Source of the DNA: Horticoccus luteus | GTDB lineage: Bacteria; Verrucomicrobiota; Verrucomicrobiia; Opitutales; Opitutaceae | Length of the DNA stretch: 32,000 nucleotides | Direction: 5' to 3' | Assembly (NCBI RefSeq): GCF_019464535.1 | Contig: NZ_CP080507.1 | Coordinates: 3,720,001 to 3,752,000, forward strand | Shown here: positions 1 through 5,631 of the stretch, piece after piece | Layout: each line of letters opens with the position of its first letter | Numbering within the stretch: position 1 is the first letter of the stretch | Notes under the pieces: generated by a model | Told to the model about the DNA's origin: nothing | Databases searched by the model: none | What the model saw: only the letters and a program-made list of their open reading frames with translations | Translations under genes and position numbers: made by a program

Positions 1-54
1 CCGTCGCCGGGGCCGGGAGCCGTCTTTCTGCCCCGGCGGCCAAGGCTGCCGCCG
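1..54. repeat. Copy 1 of a GC-rich ~51-54 nt direct repeat (may extend beyond the window edge)
   Basis: ccgtcgccgggg..(variable core)..cggccaaggctgccgccg. The 12-nt 5' arm and 18-nt 3' arm are identical to the copy at 1254-1304. The central 12-15 nt differs. Confidence 0.5.
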
Positions 55-109
55 GCAACACGGGGCGCGGGTTGCAATAATATAATAAGTTGGTCCCTGG
101 TCCTTATAC

Positions 110-418
110 TCATCGCGTGCAGAGGGGCGGCGCCCGGGCCTGCCGCGGCAGCGTGCCCACGCGCACGAGCGTGAAGCGTTCGCAGTGCGGGCAGCGCAAG
201 TGCCAGCGCGGCGCCTCCGGCGGCGGTTCCGCGAGCACGATCGGCTTTCGCAGCACCGTCTCCACCATCATCCGGCGGCCCTGCGCCGCCGGGTACAGCC
301 AGCCGAAGTAACGCACGCGATGCTGGCCGGCCGGCGGCACGTGCTGCAAATACCGCCGCAGGAACTCTTCGGCGCCGAGCACGCAGCGTTTCCGCTGCCG
401 CCTGCGGGTGTCCGTGGT
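110..418 (-). pseudogene. IS91-family (Y2/HUH rolling-circle) transposase, C-terminal remnant only
   Basis: The reverse ORF is open only back to an in-frame stop at 419-421. It encodes AEEFLRRYLQHVPPAGQHRVRYFGWL...RCPHCERF, which matches the conserved C-terminal block and CxxC finger of IS91-family transposases. About 100 aa are present where about 400 are expected. Confidence 0.6.
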
Positions 419-530
419 TCAACAAGTGTCCAGAGCCAATGTTGGGGCTGCGCCTCGCCAAGGCGCGTCTTTAACGCCTAGCCGCAAAGCCTCTTGCTCC
501 GATGCCCGATTGGCCTATCGTTCCGTCACC

Positions 531-746
531 ATGAGCATCGTTGAGTTACGTAAGCTTCCTGCCGAAGAGAAGTTGAGGATCATCGAAGCGTTGTGGGGCG
601 ATGTTGCCGCAGATGACGAAGCGTTTCAGAGCCCGGCGTGGCACGAAGCTGAATTGCGGAAGACGGAGGTCGATCTGGCTGCTGGTCGGATTGAGATTCT
701 GGATTGGGAAGATGCGAAGAAAGAGCTGCGGAAACGTGTCGAATGA
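531..746 (+). CDS. Antitoxin, putative addiction-module component (TIGR02574 / Unstab_antitox-like)
   Basis: MSIVELRKLPAEEKLRIIEALWGDV...SPAWHEAELRKTEVDLAAGRIEILDWEDAKKELRK is the typical sequence of this antitoxin family. I used the ATG at 531 rather than the track start at 408. Its stop overlaps the toxin start in ATGA at 743-746. Confidence 0.75.
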   Translation: MSIVELRKLPAEEKLRIIEALWGDVAADDEAFQSPAWHEAELRKTEVDLAAGRIEILDWEDAKKELRKRVE

Positions 747-1048
747 GAGTTCGAGTTCTCCGGCCAGCGCTCGAGGATATTGCGAGCGGCCGTCAGTTCT
801 ACGACGCGCGCGCTCTCGGTGTTGGCGATTACTTTTTCGACAGCATCTTTTCGGAGATTGATTCGCTCGTGCTCTACGCCGGAACCCATCGTATTTGTTT
901 CGGCTTTCAACGCCTTCTGGCGAGGCGTTTTCCGTTTGCGATTTATTACCGAGTGACTGCCGGCGAGGCTGTGGTTTTCCGTGTTCTGGATTGTCGGCGA
1001 GATCCGAACTGGATTCGCAGCGCGCTTGAGAAAAAGGCCGAACTCTGA
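743..1048 (+). CDS. Type II toxin, RelE/ParE family
   Basis: MRVRVLRPALEDI...FPFAIYYRVTAGEAVVFRVLDCRRDPNWI is a characteristic ParE/RelE-fold C-terminal block. There is a 4-bp overlap with the upstream antitoxin. I used the internal ATG at 743 of track ORF 704..1048. Confidence 0.75.
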   Translation: MRVRVLRPALEDIASGRQFYDARALGVGDYFFDSIFSEIDSLVLYAGTHRICFGFQRLLARRFPFAIYYRVTAGEAVVFRVLDCRRDPNWIRSALEKKAEL

Positions 1049-1051
1049 GCG

Positions 1052-1079
1052 TCCTGCTGCGCCGTAGCGCGCAGCAGGA
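1052..1079 (+). terminator. GC-rich hairpin immediately after the toxin stop codon (candidate terminator or stabiliser, no U-tract)
   Basis: tcctgctgcgc (1052-1062) pairs perfectly with gcgcagcagga (1069-1079), leaving a 6-nt loop. It begins 4 nt after the TGA at 1046-1048. A second, weaker hairpin (acggg..cccgt) follows. Confidence 0.35.
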
Positions 1080-1253
1080 TACGGGTTGAACAAGCCCGTT
1101 TCGAAGGCAGCGGCAGCGTCGTCCGCCGCTTTTGCGTTTTGTAGTGGCCGCCAACTGTCGGCGGACGCAGCGCCGGGCGGCGACCGCATTCGCCGGTCGC
1201 GGGCGCGCGTGCCGGTGGCGTCCGTTTTCGTCCGCCGAGAGGGCGTCCGCCGC

Positions 1254-1304
1254 CCGTCGCCGGGGTCGCGAGCCTTGCGTCCGTCGCGGCCAAGGCTGCC
1301 GCCG
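1254..1304. repeat. Copy 2 of the GC-rich direct repeat
   Basis: ccgtcgccggggtcgcgagcc-ttgcgtccgtcg-cggccaaggctgccgccg has the same conserved arms as 1-54. It contains an internal inverted pair AGCCTTG/CAAGGCT (1271-1277 / 1291-1297). Confidence 0.5.
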
Positions 1305-1484
1305 AGAAAGCTAAACCGTAGTAACCTGACTTCCGAAACTCAAAGGCGAGTTGGGTAAGAACACTCGTCCTGCGGTAAAATGACGGGCGCGTTGGCCGAA
1401 TCGGTTGGGAGGCGTAACGTGAGCGCAGAGTGTTTGACGCGCCTCGGGCGTTCTTCCGAACCGCGCACCTTCCTTTCCAAAGCC

Positions 1485-1736
1485 GTGAAAAAGTCATTCA
1501 AAGTTGGCGACCATGTCTCGTGGAATTCCGAGGCCGGTCGGGTGCGGGGCGTGATCAAAAAACGGGTCACTGCCCCGATGGCCTTCAAAGGTTATACCGT
1601 GCGCGCTTCCGCCGACGAGCCGCAGTATTTGATCGCGAGCGACAAGACGGATCACCTCGCGATGCACAAGGGCGCCGCATTGCGCAAACTCGCTGCCCAA
1701 CGAAAGACGACCCATGGCCGCTCCTCGCGAACCTAA
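1485..1736 (+). CDS. DUF2945 (HVA/TUDOR-like) family small protein
   Basis: KKSFKVGDHVSWNSEAGRVRGVIKKRVTAPMAFKGYTVRASADEPQYLIASDKTDHLAMHKGAAL matches the DUF2945 consensus (KVGDxVxWxSxxG...KGxxxxASxDxPQYxIxSDKTDHxAxHK). Family members are about 70-80 aa, so I chose the in-frame GTG at 1485 rather than the ATG at 1380. Confidence 0.7.
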   Translation: MKKSFKVGDHVSWNSEAGRVRGVIKKRVTAPMAFKGYTVRASADEPQYLIASDKTDHLAMHKGAALRKLAAQRKTTHGRSSRT

Positions 1737-2505
1737 AGCGAAAGCACGGGCGCGAGAATCGAAGTCCATCGCGGCCGTGGACCCCGTCACCGTTCGGCCC
1801 GACGTCTACACGATCGGCCATTCCATCCGTGCCATCGACGAATTCATCTCACTGCTCCAAGCGCATGGCGTCACTTGCCTCGTCGACATTCGCACGGTGC
1901 CGCGCTCGCGGCACAACCCCCAGTTCAACCGCGACACCCTGCCCCTTTCGCTGACCGAAGCGCACATCGGCTATCGGCACTGCCCCGCGCTCGGCGGACT
2001 CCGACGCACGTCCGCTGACTCGGTTAACAAGGGCTGGCGCAACACGTCGTTCCGCGGCTACGCCGACTACATGCAGACCCCGGAGTTCGCCGCAGCCATC
2101 TCACGTTTAATTGAACTCTCGAAACACGATCGACTGGCGCTCATGTGCGCGGAGGCGGTTCCGTGGCGCTGCCATCGCTCCTTGGTGGCCGACGCGTTGT
2201 TGGTGCGCGGGCTTTCCACCGCTGACATTAGCAGCCGCACCCGGTGTGCACCTCATCGGCTCACTCCTTTCGCTCGCGTGCGCGGCCAGCAGATTACCTA
2301 TCCGCCCGAAGCCGGCTCATCCGAGCCGACGCCGCAGCGAAAGACCAAAACGTCCACGAGCGCGTCCCCTGCCCCGGCACGTAAACGCAAAAGTGGGCGC
2401 ACGGCCAATGGGCAAATCCCTAAGGTCGGGCTTACTCCACTGGCGGCAAAAAAAAGCGCCGGCTCCCAGAGGAACCGGCGCTCGGACACAGACCAATTGC
2501 CTTAA
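1714..2505 (+). CDS. DUF488 family protein with basic N- and C-terminal tails
   Basis: VYTIGHSIR..EFISLLQAHGVTCLVDIRTVPRSRHNPQFN...WRNTSFRGYADYMQTPEF...LMCAEAVPWRCHRSLVADALLVRG is the canonical DUF488 core. A roughly 60-aa K/R/S/T/P-rich tail follows. The gene overlaps the DUF2945 gene by 23 nt. The start codon is uncertain. Confidence 0.75.
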   Translation: MAAPREPKAKARARESKSIAAVDPVTVRPDVYTIGHSIRAIDEFISLLQAHGVTCLVDIRTVPRSRHNPQFNRDTLPLSLTEAHIGYRHCPALGGLRRTSADSVNKGWRNTSFRGYADYMQTPEFAAAISRLIELSKHDRLALMCAEAVPWRCHRSLVADALLVRGLSTADISSRTRCAPHRLTPFARVRGQQITYPPEAGSSEPTPQRKTKTSTSASPAPARKRKSGRTANGQIPKVGLTPLAAKKSAGSQRNRRSDTDQLP

Positions 2506-2511
2506 GCGCGA

Positions 2512-2904
2512 TTAGTTAACGGCGATCTTCCGCGGCTTGAGCGCTTCGCTCTTGGCCAAGGTGAGACGCAGCACGCCATCGCGCAGCTCCGCTTTCACGT
2601 TGTCGACGTTGATGCTGTTGTCATGCGTGAGCGTGAGCTCGAAGCGGGCGTCGGACGTTTCGCGGTAGAGCGGCGTCCAGTCCACCGGCCGCTTCCAACT
2701 GCGTTGGCCACCGATCGTGACCACGCCATTTTCCGCGGTGATTTCGAGATCCTCTTTCGCCACGCCAGGAAGAAGAACGGTCACTTCGTAATTATCGCCT
2801 TGTTCGAGCACGCGGTAATTCGGCTTCACGGAGTGGGCCGCTCCATCTTCGCGGCGCAAGGCCGGTGGGCGGTTCAAAGTTGGGATTAGATTAAAGATAC
2901 TCAT
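2512..2904 (-). CDS. Hsp20/alpha-crystallin family small heat-shock protein (second gene of the pair)
   Basis: The alpha-crystallin domain reads YEVTVLLPGVAKEDLEITAENGVVTIGGQR...AELRDGVLRLTLAKSE. It lies 32 nt downstream of the first Hsp20 gene on the same strand. Confidence 0.85.
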   Translation of the reverse strand: MSIFNLIPTLNRPPALRREDGAAHSVKPNYRVLEQGDNYEVTVLLPGVAKEDLEITAENGVVTIGGQRSWKRPVDWTPLYRETSDARFELTLTHDNSINVDNVKAELRDGVLRLTLAKSEALKPRKIAVN

Positions 2905-2936
2905 ATTGATATAGGTTTTAAGGATAGCACTCGACG

Positions 2937-3383
2937 TTATTTGACTTCGACGGAGATTTTCCGCGGCTTCGCTTCCTCGCGCTTCGGTAAAGTCACCGTG
3001 AGGATGCCATTCTCGTAAGTCGCGCTCACTTTGTCCGCGTGCACGTCTTCCGGAATGTTGACCGAGCGGGTGACGTTGAAGGACTCCGCATCGTTCCCGT
3101 CCGCGGCCGATTTACGCTCCGCGTTGATGGTCAGATAGCCTTCGACCATCTCCACGTGGATATTTTCGCGAGCGAAACCGGGCAGCTCGGCGCGGACATA
3201 GGTATTGTCTTTATCTTCGTAAAGATCGACCGGGAAACGGTTCGAGTTCGAAGCATTGCCCAACGTGGTCAACGCCGAGTCGAACAACCGATCAATCTCG
3301 TTTTCCAGACCGCTCCATGGACTCCGCAAAGCATACGGCGAAAGAGCACGAGAGGTTGGATAAGCATATTGTGTGATTCTCAT
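2937..3383 (-). CDS. Hsp20/alpha-crystallin family small heat-shock protein (first gene of the pair)
   Basis: VDLYEDKDNTYVRAELPGFARENIHVEMVEGYLTINAERK...ATYENGILTVTLPKREEAKPRKISV is a classic sHSP signature. Confidence 0.9.
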   Translation of the reverse strand: MRITQYAYPTSRALSPYALRSPWSGLENEIDRLFDSALTTLGNASNSNRFPVDLYEDKDNTYVRAELPGFARENIHVEMVEGYLTINAERKSAADGNDAESFNVTRSVNIPEDVHADKVSATYENGILTVTLPKREEAKPRKISVEVK

Positions 3384-3419
3384 AGTATGAATTTGGTTGG
3401 TTGCAGTGTCCCGCCTATA

Positions 3420-3435
3420 TGCAGGACCGATGCCT
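3420..3435 (-). promoter_or_regulatory. Candidate sigma-54 type -24/-12 element upstream of the Hsp20 pair
   Basis: The minus strand reads AGGCATCGGTCCTGCA. The GG and GC dinucleotides have the canonical spacing of TGGCAC-N5-TTGCW, and GGCA and TGCA match. It ends 36 nt upstream of the ATG at 3383. No enhancer-binding protein gene is in the window. Confidence 0.25.
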
Positions 3436-3645
3436 GCCCAGCGGCAGACTTAAAGCACTCATTCAACGCCGCTTAATACTTTCGTCGCCCGGCAAACTGG
3501 GTCACGGGTGCGCACGTGTGTCGCAGAAGCGTGAACTTTTTGCGCACGGGTTCGCTCGTCGCGACGCGACGACACTCAACGCGTGTTTCGAGACTGGCCT
3601 CGCGAGGCGGAGCAGGCCGCGGCGCGGTGTGCGGGCGGCATCGCG

Positions 3646-5586
3646 TCAGCGCTTTTCTTCCAAACGCAGCGCCCGCAGCTTTACTGGGTTCCACGCGTCC
3701 GCCACCGATTTCAACTCGATAGAGTGCTCACCCTCGCCACTGACGTGGAGCTCCCCCAAGCGCACCCAAGTGAAATGCTCCGGCTCACCTCCGGGCGCAA
3801 GTTGGCTGGTGAACGTTGAATGGCCGTCGCTCACCTCGATCTTGCCGCCGTTCTTCGTGGCCACCTCCGCAGTGATCACGAAAGTAGCCGCGAGCGATGT
3901 CGCGAATTCCCAGTTGAGTCTGGTGCCCGCCTTCGACCACCCACCAATGACCGCGTCCGATCCTTCGGTGCGCAAACTGGCATTGTCGTCGTAGGCATTG
4001 ACCACGGCGGCGAGCGACGCCGGGAGGAGGATAACGCCGTGTGTGTCCGGCGCAGGTAACGGCTGGTCAACCACCGGCGCGCCGTGAAATTCGAGCTTTA
4101 TCACTGCGGCGATTTTATTCGGAGTTTTAGCCGGAAGGGAAAGAACAGCGCCCGCAGCCGTGTCGCGTGCCGAGAGGGCGAAGTCGGGTTGGTCGAGGAG
4201 CGTCGCCCGCGCAATGGGCGTCTTGAGGCCCGGCACGAGGAGGCGACCGTCGACGGGCCATTGAAATATATGGAGAAAGAGGACGTTTCCCTTGGTCGTG
4301 CTGCGGCCCCAGGATAGCCGCCGGAACAGGCTCGCGGTGGTGCCGTAGATCGATTCGGCGTGCGCGTGCACCCAGCGTCCCGATTCTCGTAACCGCTTCA
4401 CGCTCGCCGCCGGAATCACTCCTTCCGCATCGGGGCCTACATTAAGGAGTAGATTCCCGCCCTTGCTGACTACATCGATCAACTTTCGGGTCAGATCCTC
4501 GGCCGACTTCCAGTTGTGATCATTCGCTTTGTAGCCCCATGAATCGTTCATCGTCATGCACACTTCGAACAGCCGGCCCTTCATTCCGGTAGCCGGTATA
4601 TATTGTTCGGGCGTCTCAGTATCGCCGGAAAACGCGTTGGGCACCCGCGGGTTCAGCAGACGGTTGTTGCTGATGATGCCCGGCTGCAGTTGCAGCAGCG
4701 GAGCAAGCCGCGCGGCGCGAGTAGAGGTCATCCCGACGGGCGTGTCCCACCAAAACGTCGAAATCTTTCCATAGCGGGTCAGCAACTCGCGGATTTGCGG
4801 TGCAGCGACCTGGTCGAGATATTGATCGAAATCGCCATCTTGCGCCGGATCCCAATGGCCCTGCTCCGGATCGCCACCCGCCATTGGCTGCCCCACGGTG
4901 CGCGCCGCTCCGCCGGGATGATGCCAGTCCTGCGCCTGCGAATAATAGAGTCCGAGCCGCACTCCCTGACGTGCGCAAGCCGCAGCCAACTCCTTCAACG
5001 GATCCCGGTGAAACGGTGTCGCATCGTAGATATTGAATCCGGAAACCTTGCTGTGAAACATCGCAAAGCCTTCGTGATGCTTTGTCGTGATCACGATATA
5101 CTTCATGCCTGCATCCTTCGCGAGCCGCACCCATGCATCGGCGTCGAACTTCACCGGGTTAAACTGCGACGCATAGCCGGCATATTCGGCGACGGGGATA
5201 TGGGCATTGAACATGATCCACTCGGACAGGCCGTTCCCCGCGCTTCCGCGGTCAAACGGCTTACCGTGGTAGACACCGGCAGGCACGGAAAAGAGCCCCC
5301 AGTGGATGAACATCCCATAATGCGCCGCCGTGAACCACGCAGTGCGTTCATCCAACCCTTGTGTGGGGACCGGTTGTGCGCCCGTCGCGTGCCAGCCGAA
5401 ACATCCCCAGAGCAGCGCCAGAAAAAATGCGCTGCGCCGAGCGACACCCCTACATCTCGGCGGAGCGGCGACCACGCGCACTTCGCCGTCAGCCGGAGCT
5501 TTCGTAAAGAGCGACGGCCTTTCCACGCGCCCCGCGCCAGGAAGACGGTTCGTCATCGCGTCATTCAAAGACCGCGCTTCCTTCAT
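3646..5586 (-). CDS. GH29 alpha-L-fucosidase with a C-terminal beta-sandwich (CBM-like) extension
   Basis: The motifs AAHYGMFIHWGLFSVPAG, KHHEGFAMFHSK and TFWWDTP are typical of the GH29 catalytic domain. An extra C-terminal region of roughly 150 aa follows. The N-terminus has RRSAFF followed by a hydrophobic segment, which is an export signal. The gene lies 45 nt downstream of the TonB-dependent receptor gene on the same strand. The start could instead be the internal Met at 5556. Confidence 0.9.
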   Translation of the reverse strand: MKEARSLNDAMTNRLPGAGRVERPSLFTKAPADGEVRVVAAPPRCRGVARRSAFFLALLWGCFGWHATGAQPVPTQGLDERTAWFTAAHYGMFIHWGLFSVPAGVYHGKPFDRGSAGNGLSEWIMFNAHIPVAEYAGYASQFNPVKFDADAWVRLAKDAGMKYIVITTKHHEGFAMFHSKVSGFNIYDATPFHRDPLKELAAACARQGVRLGLYYSQAQDWHHPGGAARTVGQPMAGGDPEQGHWDPAQDGDFDQYLDQVAAPQIRELLTRYGKISTFWWDTPVGMTSTRAARLAPLLQLQPGIISNNRLLNPRVPNAFSGDTETPEQYIPATGMKGRLFEVCMTMNDSWGYKANDHNWKSAEDLTRKLIDVVSKGGNLLLNVGPDAEGVIPAASVKRLRESGRWVHAHAESIYGTTASLFRRLSWGRSTTKGNVLFLHIFQWPVDGRLLVPGLKTPIARATLLDQPDFALSARDTAAGAVLSLPAKTPNKIAAVIKLEFHGAPVVDQPLPAPDTHGVILLPASLAAVVNAYDDNASLRTEGSDAVIGGWSKAGTRLNWEFATSLAATFVITAEVATKNGGKIEVSDGHSTFTSQLAPGGEPEHFTWVRLGELHVSGEGEHSIELKSVADAWNPVKLRALRLEEKR

Positions 5587-5631
5587 GACGAGGGTTCGCT
5601 ATCCCGCGCGTGTTCACGGAACCGAGCATCA

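Noticed and set aside
1-54. Interpretation of the 1-54 and 1254-1304 repeats as integron attC sites, which would make the TA module a gene cassette.
   Set aside because: I could not find RYYYAAC / GTTRRRY core sites or the extended imperfect inverted-repeat structure of attC. No integrase gene is in the window.
98-109. tccttatac downstream of the IS91 remnant, resembling the conserved end (oriIS-type) sequence of IS91/ISCR elements.
   Set aside because: My recollection of the consensus is imprecise. The match appears to be in the wrong orientation relative to the transposase gene. It is too short to support a call.
2107-2120. Partial copies of the locus motif: ttaattgaactctc (2107-2120, inside the DUF488 gene), attattgttttaac (minus strand of 16105-16118, inside a sulfatase gene) and gaattggatttgcc (11335-11348, directly before the sulfatase ATG).
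   Set aside because: Only the core or a gapped version matches. Two are inside coding sequence, where the codons explain them. The third lacks TTAA and sits too close to the start codon. They are not counted among the seven sites.
2926-3460. CIRCE-like half sites (minus strand GAGTGCTAT at 2932-2924 and GAGTGCTTTAA at 3460-3450) upstream of the two Hsp20 genes, suggesting HrcA control.
   Set aside because: CIRCE is TTAGCACTC-N9-GAGTGCTAA. Neither site has the partner half at 9-nt spacing. A shared 7-mer between these two regions is not improbable by chance.
3556-3608. Palindromes in the GH29/Hsp20 intergenic region (TCGTCGCG-A-CGCGACGA at 3556-3572 and GCCTCGCGAGGC at 3597-3608) as terminators of the receptor-fucosidase operon.
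   Set aside because: They have short effective stems and no adjacent U-tract on the transcribed strand. CG-rich palindromes are common in this composition. They may be real, but the sequence alone cannot support the call.
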